A stretch of 64,000 nucleotides of DNA, taken from Macrostomum lignano. Its lineage: Eukaryota. The notes under the pieces are model-generated. The model was not told where the DNA came from, searched no databases, and saw only the letters and a list, made by a program, of their open reading frames with translations. Shown here piece by piece: positions 37,002 to 55,836 of the stretch. The first letter of the stretch is position 1; each line of letters opens with the position of its first letter. Location of the stretch: NCBI GenBank assembly GCA_002269645.1, contig NIVC01001018.1:124001-188000 (forward strand). Direction: 5' to 3'. The translations under genes were made by a program, and so were the position numbers.

Positions 37002-39343
37002 TCATTCGTGACCTTCGCCAGCTTTGCCGGCCACCCGCTTGAAATCGGTCATGTTGGTGGTGGCCACCGGACAGCCGATAGGAATTAAACGGCTTAATCT
37101 GGTGACCTCGGAGTCGGCCTGATTATCCTGGACAAACACGGTCAGGGTGCGAACGTTTTGGAATTTGACAAATTTTAATTGCAACGGCTCGGCGTCCGGC
37201 TGCACGTCCGCTGAAGTCAGCTGGAAGGCCTGCGGAAAGGCGAGGAGGCATGTAAAATAAGAGTGCAGTCCGGATTATTGTGACTAATGAATAAGGATAC
37301 CCAGGGCTAAATGATAGATGGAATACAGGTATACCAGGGAATTACTGAATTGATGATACTGGAGGAACAGGTATGCTTGGGGTTGGGGATTACTAAACAC
37401 ATGTATACTACTCGTAGTATGATAGCTGGAGAAAAAATTTAGCTGGAAAACCATACCTGGTCAACAGGTATACTGAAGAGTTTACTAAATGAACCATTCC
37501 TGGTGAACAGGCATACCAAGGAGTTTACTAAATGAATCAAGCCTGGTAAACAGATATACTAAAGAGTTAGTGAATCATACCTGGTGAACAGGTATACAAA
37601 AGAGTTTGCTAAATGAATCATACCTGGTGAACAGGTATACTAAGAGTTTACTAAATAAACCATACCTGGTGAACAGGCATAGCACAGGTATACCTGGTGA
37701 ACAGGTATCCAAGAATCAGTGAAAGAATGCCCTGAATAAGACACACAAATGACCAGCACTAACCTGAACACCTTCGGCAGACTCGGCAGCCGAGAAGTCA
37801 ATAGGCGAGGGCTGGTTAATGAACAATTTGACAGTTTTAGGGGCATTCTCGTACGGCGCCACCAGGCGTAGTGAGTGAATTTTCACGCTCTGACTAAAGG
37901 TGATAAAGATGACCAACTGTTCGTCAGCGTCCGACTCCAAATAGGCTGAGGAATCGCCAGCGCCAGGGGCGGACATGATTGATTTTAACGGGTGGGCGTC
38001 GCTCTCGTTCAGGCACTCAGTCTCGGCCATGGAGATTAGCGACAGCATGTCCATCTGGGGATTAATAGAACAGGAAATACAAATAGTTTTATGCATGGCA
38101 TGCATTACACTAATGGGATTGCGAAACCCAGGTAGTACGATATCGATTCTCGAATAGTTATCAATAATACCAACTCCGATCACAGTGAATATACTCATTC
38201 CGATCACAGTGAATACTCATTCCGATTCCAGTGAATGCTCAATCCGATCAGAGTGAATGCTCGATCCGATAACAGTGAATAACCAATTCAATCACAGTGA
38301 TTATCCAATCCGATCACAGGGAATACCCAATCCGATCACAGGGAATACCCATTCCGATCACAGTGATTGCTCATTCCGATCACAGTGAATATCCATTCCG
38401 TTCACTGTGATATACTTATTCTTATCACTGTGAATACTCATTCCGATCACAGTGTAATACTTATTCTGATCACAGTTTAATACTCATTCCGATCACAGTT
38501 TAATACTCATTCCGATCACAGTTTAATACTCATTCCGATCACAGTTTAATACTCATTCCGATCACAGTTTAATACTCATTCCGATCACAGTTTAATACTC
38601 ATTCCGATCACAGTTTAATACTCATTCCAATCACAGTTTAATACTCATTCCGATCACAGTTTAATACCCAATCCGATCACAGTGAATGCTCTTTTTGATT
38701 ACAGTGAATACCCAATCCGATCACAGTGAATACTCTTTTTGATTACAGTGAATACCCAATCCGATCACAGTGAATGCTCTTTTTGATTACAGCGAATACC
38801 CAATCCGATCACAGTGAATGCTCTTTTTGATTACAGTGAATACCCAATCCGATCACAGTGAATGCTCTTTTTGATTACAGTGAATACCCAATCCGATCAC
38901 AGTGAATGCTCTTTTTGATTACAGTGAATACCCAAGCTGATCACAGGATTACCAGTTCCAACCCCCCCCCAAATGCACTAATAACTGCGTCTCACGTGAC
39001 CAAACTTGTCCACACTCTCGGCCGACTTGGCGTATTTCTTCACCAGAGCCTCGAGCTTGTCCGGATCGGCGCCAACCAACGACTCTATGCGTTGGCCGCG
39101 CAAAAACAGGGCAAACGTTGGCAAAGATGTGACGCCATACGCTGAGGAAACAGCCTCAACTTTGTCTACATTCACTTTGGCGAAGACTACATCCGGATTC
39201 CGGCTAGCCAGATCGTTCACCTTGGGCGCCATGGCTTTGCACGGGCCGCACCAATTGGCGTAGAAGTCTACAAGAACTGGTTTAGCCCCGGCTGACTCAA
39301 GTAGGGCGCGAAATTCATCTTCGCTAGAGATTTCTCTGACCAT
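37002..39343 (-). CDS. TXNL1: Thioredoxin-like protein 1 (Trx + PITH), 288 aa. Exons 39343-38996, 38054-37764, 37229-37002
   Basis: WCGPC thioredoxin domain; PITH motifs ECLNESD, LESDADEQL, PKTVKLFIN and LKFVKFQNV; C-terminal TDFKRVAGK. Both introns are phase 0 GT-AG. Confidence 0.95.
37430..37705. repeat. Degenerate ~33-bp repeat in TXNL1 intron 2
   Basis: Recurrent CATACCTGGTGAACAGGTATAC...GAGTTTACTAAATGAA. Confidence 0.8.
38165..38940. repeat. 23-24-bp minisatellite in TXNL1 intron 1, with a later dimeric ~47-bp unit
   Basis: TCACAGTTTAATACTCATTCCGA units. Confidence 0.92.
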
Positions 39344-42300
39344 GACTGCGCTGTGGGAGCCAGTTAGTAGTATTTAGTAATAACTCAAGCATTGAAAGAA
39401 ACCATAACAATTTCTTGCTCTACTGAATATACATTTTCTGATATCGACTTATGGAAGATTGTCTTAACAGATGTCTTTACACCATGCTCCCACTACATTG
39501 AATTATTCACAGAAGGGTTGTGAGCACTGTTCACAATAGATCACTAGTGCTATCTGCTATTGTCATCCACTACAGTCTTCTAGATGACAATAAAAGAAGC
39601 TTGAATGATAGAGCTTCACCATGTTGAGGTGCCACTTTGACATTTCCATGTGACTGTACAGCAGATGACCTTTGTCCTACAATGTACATCAAGTATGCTG
39701 TCACATGTTGACTTATGTATCACTAGCCAGACCTTGCATTGCCTTTCTGAGCCTGGACTATTCCAGATCCTACCTCCATAATAGGCTGTGGGGGTATCAT
39801 AATATATACTAGGCCTATAGAGGACACGGGCACCTTAATATACATAATACACTAGAGGTACTATATAATACACTAGAAGGGTGCCATACTAAGCAAAATA
39901 AAGGCAGCAAGGATCTTTTTAGGGCAAAAGAGAGTGCCATTATTGCCAACCACAAGGGGGGGTGGCTTCTCCACCAAAATCTGCCACTGTATAATAGGCC
40001 AAGGAAAGCTAAATCTAGTAGCTAGAATACCAACTCTTGATTGGAAGTGCTCAGACTTGGACCCTAGTAAGCTGGCACAAGGATAGAGAAAAATGGAACT
40101 CTATGTAGGACTAGGGCAGGCGTAGACCAATAACAGACAATAGACCAGGCCTGCTAAGGCTCCTTTGCTAGACTGAAAAGTATAAGCAAGAAGGTAAGAG
40201 AAAAATGGGGAAGAGGAGAGAATATAGGGATCTATGAAAAATCACATACATTGTCTTTTATGATACAAATAACATATTGGTATAAATGAACATTGTATTT
40301 TCAGTTACTCATTGTAACTAAATCTAAAGCTATCTTTGTGCACACAAAAGACAGAGCTGAGGCAATGAGGCATATGCTTTTCATGATTTAAAGTTCCCTG
40401 CTTTTTTGCACCTAATCTTTATTTGTATTAAAGCAAAATCCCTTTGTTGAATGCCACACAGACTGTGAACATACCTGCTAGAGAATGTCAGCCTTATCCA
40501 AATAAATATCTTTTCAACTGCTATAGCTTCAACCATGTTCAGTTACAAAAATTCCAATCAAACAATATCAAAAATACTTCATCTGGATTCAGTAGCTTTG
40601 TTTTAGCAGCTATACTTTATATGTCAGCTATCTAAAAGCAATAGGAAAAACAAAGCTGTTTCTTTATTGAAATACTCTATTATTATTATCACTAATATAG
40701 AACTAATGCTATAGAATAAGAATAGTTCAACAAAGACCTTTAGGAACAAGATCAAATTTATAGCAAGGTGGTATTTGATTGCTTTCTAGACAAAAGTGAT
40801 TTGCATAGCTTGGCCTATTAGCTACTTATATATTAGTATCAAGCATAGGGCATATTACACATAGTTTCAATACTTATAGGAAAGTATATTTTGTATATTT
40901 TTAGAGGTATATTTTGGATTTACTTACTTATATCATTTAGTGCCTCTTTGATCCAATTTGCATAACACACATTTGTATGTTTTTTTCATTTTTGGGACAC
41001 ATTGTACGAAGCTCATTGGAACCCTTAATCAAGGGCTTCTGATTACTATTACTATAGATAGAAGTGTGCATTTTATAATACTCCCATTATAAAGCAGGCA
41101 AAGGCTCCATTCAGCTTCTTGGTTGCTATTGATAGAAGATGTCTTTTTTGACCATAAGAAGATACTTTCTAATAAGTGTCTTATGCTAGGGCTTAGCTAG
41201 TGTTTTTAGAACTCAAAGTCTAAAGCACAGTAAGTCTAAAGGACAATTTCTTTTTATAAACCAATAGGACCTAGAAGTTTTTATCTTGTGATTGACCTAA
41301 GATAAAAAAACATTCTAAAATTATTTTTTATAGGACTCACTACATAAATAGGCATAATATGGTGTAATAAATTATAATGTAGCCTATGTCTCCATGACTA
41401 TACTTTGTTTTAACTATATTTTGAAGATGCTAATAGAGGTCATTTAACAAGATTAAAAGAATTGACATTATCTATGTAATAAAGAATCACAAAGCTAACC
41501 ATACTTTAGTGAAAGTAGTAATTGAAATTAAGAAACTTTGCCCTTATGGCATGAACTTTTATATATCTATTAGGCCCTAATTAGGTTGACCTGCATTTCC
41601 AACTGACTGTTGTTAGGCCCTACCATTTCTTAATTCTGTAAGTTAAGTTAGGCCTAGTTAAAGTTACTTTAAATTCATGAAAATTCATTGCTTGATTTTA
41701 ATGTTGTGTTTAAGGATTGATTTGGTCAAGTTAGAGATGCCAGTCTCACTTAAATTGATTCATGCAAATGCAAAATGTACATCGCTTAATAGCTGGCTAA
41801 CATGGACTGAAAACTGATTGTGTAATCAATTAGATGTCAGAGCAAAACTATTCAATAAGTTATGCTGTGGCTGTGAACTAAATCTTTGAATCACAATAAG
41901 TGGAGACATATACTATATAATAACTTGTTAAATATTGCTCAAAGTAGGCCCTAATAATTATTTTCATATTCTATATAACTAAGCATGACTATCAGACCAT
42001 GTTATAGGCATACTGCTAAAATTCACATCTTTTCTTCTAAATGATGTTTTCAAACTGTGTCGGAAGTGCGACTTCAAGTGTCGTAACAGTTAAATTTTGC
42101 CGTTTGGCGTTTGCCGACACATTTTCAGACAACATCTTCCGATACTTAAAATTCTGCAAAAAGTGTCTGAAAAAGTGTCGTACGTTTAACTTTTGCCGAC
42201 ACTTCCGACACTTTCTGCGACATTTTAAGTGTGCCGGCGAAGTTATACTGGTATGATCAAGTGGAGTGCCAAATCATTTTGTTTCTATGAAACCACTCGC

Positions 42301-42843
42301 GTTTTATTCAAGTAAAGCAAAGTTTACATTGTTTCTGTTCAGGATATGATATGATTAATCGGAAAATGTATTGCAGGCACTTGATTAAAGTTACTTTAAA
42401 TTCATGAAAAATGGCGCTGAAAATTATTTTGAACTTTTGTAACAATAAATTACTATAGAACCTAAAAAGCCTCGCACAAATGTAGAAATCTTTCCTATCT
42501 TTTTCGAATGAATATCTTCCACCAATGTCTCATTTTCAATCATATTTCGGGTGAAAATGAGCACCAAATATAAAAAAACGACATAATTTGTTGCAGCTTC
42601 CATAGAAACAGAATAATCCGAGGCCAGACTCCAACCGTTAGGAACCGATAAACCGATTTCGAACCTTGGAAAGGGAACCAACAAAATAAAAAAACTTTTA
42701 AACCAAATCCGGTTGTCGAATCGGTTGTGTTGCTCGTAGTGAGCGTATGAAAATTGCAGTGATATGATGAAAAGCCTCATATGTACATGAACAGTATAGG
42801 ATCGACTTATTAAATAATAAGGTCCTTGAATTAATAGGTACAT

Positions 42844-43386
42844 AACAACAACAACACCAAACTACAGCAACCCTTGGCAACCCAAGTTGGGTTGCCATCA
42901 AAAGGAGCGCGCAAGCGCAGTTGCGCAGAATAGCGAGTCCGCGAGGGTCAGAGATTTCAGCGTCTCTTAAAAGCAGGTCGACGAGACGCAGACTTCTCGC
43001 CTGCCGCGGCCCTTGAGGGGATAGCAGCAGCACGTCCTGAAGCGGCTTAGGGCTCAGGCTCAGGCCCGGATGACGTGGCCAACTTGTTGGTGCATGGTGG
43101 CGGTCGGCGAGTAGTGAACACCGAAGGCGGCTCTCACGAGTCAGCGTGACTGCGTGAGCGGCATCGAGTTGCCGCGATCCTGCGGGCCGGTCAGTGTTCA
43201 CGTTTCAGCATTGTGAATGAGGACGGTTTCTATGACGGCCTGGAACAGCCGCCCTCTCAGCCGATCCGACAGCGCGGGGCACTGCAGGACAGTCCGCACG
43301 GTGCGGAATGCGCCCCAGGCAAGCAACTTGTGCCGTGCCATGTCGTCTGTGATTCTTGGCACAAGACCGCCGACGTGTACAACATC
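42844..43386 (-). mobile_element. 5'-truncated, decayed RTE-like non-LTR retrotransposon 3' end
   Basis: The minus strand reads LAWGAFRTVRTVL...RGRLFQAVIETVLIHNAET*TLT and then RQLDAAHA after a frameshift, like the RT C-terminal region of RTE LINEs. Short (GTT)n tail; GGTACAT on both flanks (42837-43, 43387-93) is a candidate TSD. Confidence 0.75.
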
Positions 43387-44639
43387 GGTACATGTACAAC
43401 GTACTCATTGTATCTTCTAAAACTAGAAGTAATACGGACCTTTTCGATCTCTGTGAGTCAATTTTTTATTTTTTCTTTTGATTAGAACTCGATGCATTAG
43501 ATCGAACATACATGTATACACGTAATTGAAATGATGTACTGTAAAATATAGCTGGAAAATGCGACACAACTCTTCGACTTCGTTCGTTCGCGACGGTAGT
43601 TCTACTCATGCACAAAAACTTTAATTGTCAAGCATTTCTACGCAATTGTTTTCGCATTATAAAATTTGACTTAGCTACTCGCGAAAAATCTGCAGTCTTT
43701 TTTTACAAAGTTCGTCAATCACATTTAATTTCGGGTAATTTCGAGACTCGAAAACATTGCACGATTTGCATTCGATTGCATGAATATCGCGTTTGTGCTA
43801 AACTGAAATATGATAATTCTCTGAAAGAATGCTTTTCTTTAATCAATTTGCGTAAAACAAGGTGCAGTGCGCAGCAGAAATTGACTTTGTGTCGACACAC
43901 ATGCTACCGCGATGTATTTCCGGAGTCGCAACATCGAAGTCGGTTTTGTACTGTACTGACGTTCTACCGTTGAAGTACACATATATGAACTACATGTATC
44001 TAACATTACGTAGATATACGCACTTAAGGCATTTACCTGTGGGTATAAAAAAAGAAACTACAACATTCGATTTGCTTTGTAGTAGAGGCCGCTCTCGCGG
44101 ATCTGCATCTGGAATTTCATCTGCATGAGCTGGAAAGTTTGCTGATGAGGGATCAAGCGGAGATTATGAGGATTAACTGCACAAGGGAGAGATCGACGTG
44201 CTGCAGAATTATTTGGATTAATGCTGGAATGGAGTTAATTGGAATGAAGGAAGCTAAAATCAGTTTGCCAACCGAATAATCAGCCAAGCTGTCACATCCT
44301 CTTTAAATCTATTGCAGAGAGCACTGATTCTTACGCGTACATAAATGCAGGCTCCAGCGTCTATAGCTTCATCTCTTCTGCTTGAGTTGCCTCTTTCTAT
44401 CTCTATCTATCTGTATGCATGGGAGCACCCTTCATTATAATTCTGGGTCTATCAGCCAGCAGCTGAGCCTCCTGTGCGTGCACTTCTTCGCCGTCTCTCC
44501 CCCTCCCCGTCCGCGCCGCCGCCGCCCCCACATCTCTCCCGCTAGCATTTTCTCCCCTTCTCCATCCAATCCCCTTAAATCCCTTTTGAGCGTACTTCCC
44601 AACAGCTGCGCCAATACTGTACCAGAAAAATTGCCCTTC

Positions 44640-45120
44640 CCCCATGCAGATCTCAAATCCCGTTCTCCTCCCCTGCCTCTCTTTAGTTCGGCCTTTCCGA
44701 GATCTCTTGGCTCTGTTCTCTTTCTCTCGACCAGACCCCTTCTTACCCCCTCCCCTTCTACTCGCTCCTCGTCTCCACGTGTGTTCCCACCACCGAGCGT
44801 TCCTGTTCTTCCAGCTCAGTCTGTCCGTCTCCCTCTCTGCCTCGACTTGCCCACGGCATCTCTCCCCGGCTATGCTCGAGCTAAGCGAGTTAAAAAAATA
44901 ATTTCTTAGACTCTGCTAGCAACTGTCCCCAAGAAATCCCTCCCTCACCCCGAGCCTACAGTGGCGTCTCTCCCTCCCGGATCCTCCGCTCTCCGTTTCG
45001 CGATCTCTTCGATTTTTACTCGCCCTCGCTGGCCAGCCTCCGACATCAAAGCCGACCTCCTCCTCCTCTCCATCCAGAAGCTGGCTAGCTACCTTCGACA
45101 GACCCCTAGCCACCCTAGTT
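44640..45120 (+). mobile_element. Possible highly decayed LINE 3' remnant
   Basis: Pyrimidine-rich; peptides SAFPRSLG and EPTVASL...DLLLLSIQKLASYLRQT loosely recall LINE ORF2 ends. Weak evidence. Confidence 0.2.
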
Positions 45121-45389
45121 CGCCATATCAGTGCTTCTCTAGTATAGAATATAAACCCGTTAGTTTCGCATTCTATTGCTGCGCCTATTTGTATATTAAT
45201 AACTTGAATACAATTATAAATTTAGAATAGAAAATCATGCCAACAACAGACAGTTTAACATCGGCCAGCTTGACTCTCAGCTCCTGTTCGTGCGGTAAGA
45301 GTCCATCTTTAGTGCAGAGTATATATTTGGTAATTTACTCAGTTGCATGCACATGTCGGCGCCAAGAGGTTGTTCATTGCTGCTTTTGG

Positions 45390-45805
45390 AAGGCGCCTTT
45401 TTAGCGCCACTTCCAATATGACGAACTGTTGTGCACCTGGAGAGCGCCTTCTTAGCGCCACTTTCAATGACGATCCATTGAGCACCTGGAGAGCGCCTTA
45501 TTAGCACCACATCCAATGACGATCCATTGAGCACCTGGAGAGCGCCTTCTTAGCGCCACTTTAAATGACGATCCATTGAGCACCTGGAGAGCGCCTTCTT
45601 AGCACCACATCCAATGACGATCCATTGAGCACCTGGAGAGCGCCTTCTTAGCGCCACTTTCAATGACGATTCATTGAGCACCTGGAGAGCGCCTTTTTAG
45701 CGCCACTTTCAATGACGATTCATTGAGCACCTGGAGAGCGCCTTCTTAGCGCCACTTTCAATGACGATTCATTGAGCACCTGGAGAGCGCCTTCTTAGCG
45801 CCAGC
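45390..45805. repeat. 49-bp minisatellite just upstream of the GPSM ATG
   Basis: GAGCACCTGGAGAGCGCCTTCTTAGCGCCACTTTCAATGACGATTCATT units. Confidence 0.93.
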
Positions 45806-45901
45806 ACTTTTGCTATAGAGACTTAGCCTAGTAGCGACTGTTGCTGGCTGTCCTGGCGCGAATGTAAACTGTTAGTAAAAAACACAACGTAAACAATTCC
45901 C

Positions 45902-50937
<5,036 letters not shown>

Positions 50938-52394
50938 AAAAGTCGATAGAATTTTTTTGTCGTTTGTCGCGATTTGATTTATTGTTGTTGTTTTTCTATT
51001 TTCGTATTACTTCTATAGATTTTATGAGGAGTCGCTGCAAGTTAAGCAGAGTCGGCTGTGGTTAGTACACCGGGAGCATGAGCAATTAGTGAATTAAGAG
51101 GATTTAAGCTGTTCACAGCCAGTTTAGTGTCAGTTTTGTCGGTCTTAATGAACGTTGATACAAAGCGGAGATTTTAGAATCGAATAGTTTTAATTTTTCT
51201 TCTGATGCAGTTTTAATTATGTTGTTGCTTCAAGTCACAGTTAACAATTACGGCATCCTATAGTTTCATTGAAAACTTGGTTTAGCATTGTGTTTTATTC
51301 AGAGCTTATTAATTTTCATCCACAAGATCTGAGCTGTCAAAATGGTTAGAAAATTAGCACCATAATTGTTATTTCATAAACCATGTAGTCCACATTTTTT
51401 CTTTTCTTTTTCATTGATCACTTGTTAATAATTGCTATCCCGCCTTTCTTTCAGATGCAAATTATAATAATCATAAATCAATTGAGTAGCAAAACCCGCA
51501 AAAATTACCGTGTGTAAATTAACGTCGTTTTCTCCATAATGGAAGCAATTGATAATGAACTGCCTGCAAATACACTTAAGTGAAATCAAATCTCTCTAAT
51601 CTATGTTTTAAGGAAATTGTTTTGAACTAGCGCGCGTGACTTAGTCCAGGTCAAAACACAAACAAAATACGAGCTATATAACTGTAGACCCCAGGCCAGC
51701 CATTCTGTACCACTGTGCACGAATTTCTACAGTTATAAACAAATATGCTAGTAATTCTACTGCTAGTAGTAGAACTCCTATTTTTATTCAATTTTTATTA
51801 AAGAAAGTATAAAATTAGCCAATAGTCGTCAACTCGTCACAATGGCTTCACACAAACCAACCACCACACATGAGACTAAAATTTCATATGAGCTACAAAC
51901 TTTTTCATCAATTTTTGTCCTTTTTATATTAGCCATATGATGTATGACGCAAATTTGATGGCGCACGGCGATGAAAATGAGCAACTCTGATGATTGAAGC
52001 CTGAGCTGAATAACCTGAATTGTTGTACCATTGTACCAAAACGTAAAATGGCCAGTTCTAGGTTACTAGATTACTTAGACTAAGAGGGTTGTGTCTGAAA
52101 TACTCAAGTCAAGAAAGAATGCTTTCAGGAATTTCTGCGATATGTGAGTCGTGACTAATTTATTTGATTTGATAGTTTGTTGAACTGGCCGATATGTTGT
52201 GTAGTTAATAATATACAGAGTAGTTAAAATAAAACAAGAGCTGCGTCACTGCATCTAATCAAAAATAATTTTTTACTGATTGGATGTGTCTACCGATAAA
52301 ACAATGACAACGAATAATTATGATCAAGGCAAATTTCAAATATAAATTTCGACAGTTTATGAAAAGAAAATGGAATTGCGGCAAAATTATTCCA

Positions 52395-52467
52395 CGACCA
52401 CGCCAGGACTCGAACCTGGAATCTTCTGATCCGTAGTCAGACGCGTTATCCATTGCGCCACGCGGCC
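52395..52467 (-). tRNA. tRNA-Arg(ACG)
   Basis: 73 nt; acceptor GGCCGCG/CGTGGTC, anticodon arm TCTGA-CTACGGA-TCAGA, GGTTCGAGTCC T-arm, downstream TTTT. Confidence 0.96.
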
Positions 52468-52607
52468 GCTATTAAATAGGGAACTCGGAGCGAGCTATAT
52501 AGCTCACTTAAGGCTTTAAATCCTACTTCAACACCCGAATTATGAATCTGATATATTAGGGCACCAGACACTAAAATTCATTATAGTATCTGTGAGATAG
52601 ATCAAGG

Positions 52608-52797
52608 CAGTGGCGTAGGGAGGGGGGGGGATCAGGGGGGATGTATCCCCCCCGAAGAGCCTGACCAAAACTTTTTTGTTGCACTTTTTCGCTATACATG
52701 CTACCATGTGAGCACTTTTACCTTGGTGTATCCCCCCCGTAGGAAATTCACCTTGGTGTATCCCCCCCCCCGTAGGAAATTCCTGGCTACGCCCCTG
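52608..52797. mobile_element. hAT-type MITE, 190 bp
   Basis: Termini CAGTGGCGTAG... and ...CTACGCCCCTG are near-perfect inverted repeats; exact 8-bp TSD GATCAAGG at 52600-52607 and 52798-52805. Confidence 0.85.
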
Positions 52798-53316
52798 GAT
52801 CAAGGCAAGCAAAGGTGGATCGATTCACATCACACTTGTCCGGTAACTACTTAAAGCTATATAATTAATATATTGCATTGCAATTGATTGAGGTACCGGA
52901 CCACTAGCAAAAAAAATAGAACAAAAACAAAAAAGCAAAAAAATATAGCAACCATCCAACAGAAGAATAAGTTAAATCAAAACCAAAAGAAAAAACAGCA
53001 TTTAAAACAATTGATAATAATTCGTTGATAAAAAAGATTAAGAATCAGGATTTTTAAATGACATCGAGAGCCAGTGAGAGCCCGGGAATGTTACTGTTCA
53101 TTAGCCTTTATTAGCCATTTTGTTTACCGATATTTCATACTTGGATTTACTCGTAGCTTACACAGATTATTATCTGGAATTCTATGGTTTAGTTACGAAT
53201 AAGCTATATCCGACACGCGCTGGTACCAATTATCGCGCAACAAGAAACTTTAAAGCAGCTTAGCTTGCAGAATTACTGATAATGTCTAAAATAACACTCG
53301 TATTACAAGCGGACTG

Positions 53317-55836
53317 TTAGGCATGCTTTTTTGAAGAAGCCATCTCCTCTTTGAGAGCTGAAAGTTATCGATAGGTAACGATAGTAGGTCAATGCTCAAA
53401 CCAAATCTTGTTTGCAATATGTTATGCTGCTTTCGCTACATATCGGCAGTCGATCAACTTATTATTAGCGGACACAACTACGCTTGAGATTTGAGCAACT
53501 TCCTAACCTCGAATTTGTTTACTTGTAATCTTAATTTTATATAGCCAGATAACAAATAAATTGCTCACCAATGACTATATCGCGAGTAGCGTCCTCTATT
53601 TCGCGCCTAATCTCCGCGATTAGCTCACATTTAAATAACTGCAGTTGACCCTCAATACCTGGCCTGGGCGCCGCCACCTGCTGATTCAAAGGCGGGCGCT
53701 TTGAATTCGACTTCCTGCCGCTCTCATTCAACGGCGAACAGCCAACAGCAGCAGTTCTGGAAGCTGCAGCACTCTTCAGTGCGTTCTTCGCCCTAGGCAA
53801 GCTGTTAGTATCGAAACTACTTGTGCTACTCGGATTGTCTCTTCGCTGCAGCATCTCCTCAATTGCTTGAGCTCTGGCGGTCATTGGCTAAAATTTATTT
53901 TAATGGGTGCCGTAAATGAAGAATACAAAAATAATGCTCTTACCCGTGACGGGACTCGAACCCGCAATCTTCTACTTAGGAGGCAGACGCCTTATCCATT
54001 AGGCCACACGGGCTTGAGTTTGCAAGTGACGATTGCTATTGAGTTATACTCAAACCAAATATGGGAGAAAATCCTTTTCGTCTACTTGTAGTAGGTAATT
54101 GGATTTTGATCTTAGCTCGTATCTCAATTACTAAACTTCTATTTCATCAGATGGATCGCGCTCGAAACGAAAAAAAATTGAACTTAAACTTTGTTGACAA
54201 TAATAGTCGGGTAATTATATCTCACTCGTAACTACAGGCGAATAGTGCAACTCCTAACGAAATAGAACATGTGAGTTACATGTACACTGCATGTGAGTTT
54301 GAAAAAGACGTCGAACCTATTTCGCTATCAAAAGTATCTTAAATTGCGAGTACATGCACCAACCCCACTACTAACAGCATTTGTTGGCCTCCGTTTCATT
54401 GACAGTTCATGGTTCGCGATGTCATTCGGCAATCCGCTAATCTGCGGCTCGCTTAAACGATGCTGCGAGCCGAACGGAAATCTGAAATATTGATTTATTG
54501 TGAACTCAGTATAAACAGACTGATTGCAAAGGTGTTAGCTTGATCCAACTGATTGCAAGGTGCTAGTTTGATCCAACTGATTGCAAAGGTGCTAGTTTGA
54601 TCCAAATGATTGCAAGGGTGTTAGCTTAATCCAACTGATTGCAAAGGTGCTAGTTTGATCCAACTGATTGCAAAGGTGTTAGTTTGATCCAACTGATTGC
54701 AAAGGTGCTAGTTTGATCCAACTGATTGCAAAGGTGCTAGTTTGATCCAACTGATTGCAAAGGTGTTAGTTTGATCCAACTGATTGCAAAGGTGTTAGCT
54801 TGATCCAACTGATTGCAAAGGTGCTAGTTTGATCCAACTGATTGCAAAGGTGTTAGTTTGATCCAACTGATTGCAAAGGTGTTAGCTTGATCCAACTGAT
54901 TGCAAAGGTGTTAGTTTGATCCAACTGATTGCAAATGTGTTAGTTTGATCCAACTGATTGCAAATGTGTTAGTTTGATCCAACTGATTGCAAATGTGTTA
55001 GTTTGATCCAACTGATTGCAAATGTGTTAGTTTGATCCAACTGATTGCAAATGTGTTAGTTTGATCCAACTGATTGCAAATGTGTTAGTTTGATCCAACT
55101 GATTGCAAGGTGCTAGTTTGATCCAACTGATTGCAAAGGTGCTAGTTTGATCCAACTGATTGCAAATGTGTTAGTTTGATCCAACTGATTGCAAGGTGCT
55201 AGTTTGATCCAACTGATTGCAAAGGTGTCAATTTGATCCAACTTATTGCAAGGTTTGTTATTTAGTTTATGTGTTATTAATGAGGTATTAATTGAAATCG
55301 AGCATTTGGCATACTAATTGCAAGGCTGTGTGGGTCCCATAGATAGCAGGTGCAATGCTAGCTCGACCCATTCAGTGCCAGATGCAGAAGCCCATGACTC
55401 ACTTAGCTAAGGCAGTTGTAGACGCAGCAATAGTGGCATCAGCCCTGCCATCAGCCATGAACTGTCGGGTGGTTGTCTCGAACTTGTTCGCCAATTCCGC
55501 ACTGCCGAACCTAAGCCCGTGTTCAACGCCTTCGCTGCGCCAACAAAGTAGATCCGGCTCGTCCCGCCAGAAAATACCGTCAGGCAGCGACGGTCGAGTT
55601 TTCCGCTGATCCGCTCCATCTACTGGACAATCCAGCACCAGCTCGTTGCTCTGCAGCTTGCGGGCTTGGACTCGCAGCTGATGCTGATGATACTGCTGGT
55701 GCTGGCCAGCTAGCACCGCCTGCACGCGACAGACTGCGGCTGTTGGCAAGCCGCCAATCAACGGTAGCCAGCGCCGCTGGACCGCATCGAAACGCAGCGG
55801 AGTTGCTTGCGCAGTGACGGCTGGGGAAGATTTCAT
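53317..55836 (-). CDS. Divergent Ena/VASP-like protein (EVH1 + EVH2/tetramerisation), about 299 aa. Exons 55836-55403, 54481-54376, 53887-53569, 53357-53317
   Basis: EVH1-like LRFDAVQRRWLPL...CWRS...HGLRFGSAELANKF; FAB-like AIEEMLQRR; coiled coil FKCELIAEIRREIEDATRDIVIALKEEM. Splice phases 2/0/1 are consistent. An acceptor at 55856 gives an in-frame upstream extension (EQQSSA), so an unlocated first exon is possible. Confidence 0.75.
53941..54013 (-). tRNA. tRNA-Arg(CCT)
   Basis: 73 nt; acceptor GCCCGTG/CACGGGT, anticodon arm TCTGC-CTCCTAA-GTAGA, GGTTCGAGTCC, downstream TTTTT. Confidence 0.95.
54525..55250. repeat. 29-bp minisatellite in Ena/VASP-like intron 1
   Basis: TGATCCAACTGATTGCAAAGGTGTTAGTT units. 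Confidence 0.95.

Noticed and set aside
39950-39992. AATCTGCCACTG resembling a hAT MITE right end
   Set aside because: No matching left end or TSD found.
42698-43201. 167-aa minus-strand ORF as a host gene
   Set aside because: Better explained as a shifted frame of the decayed RTE-like fragment.
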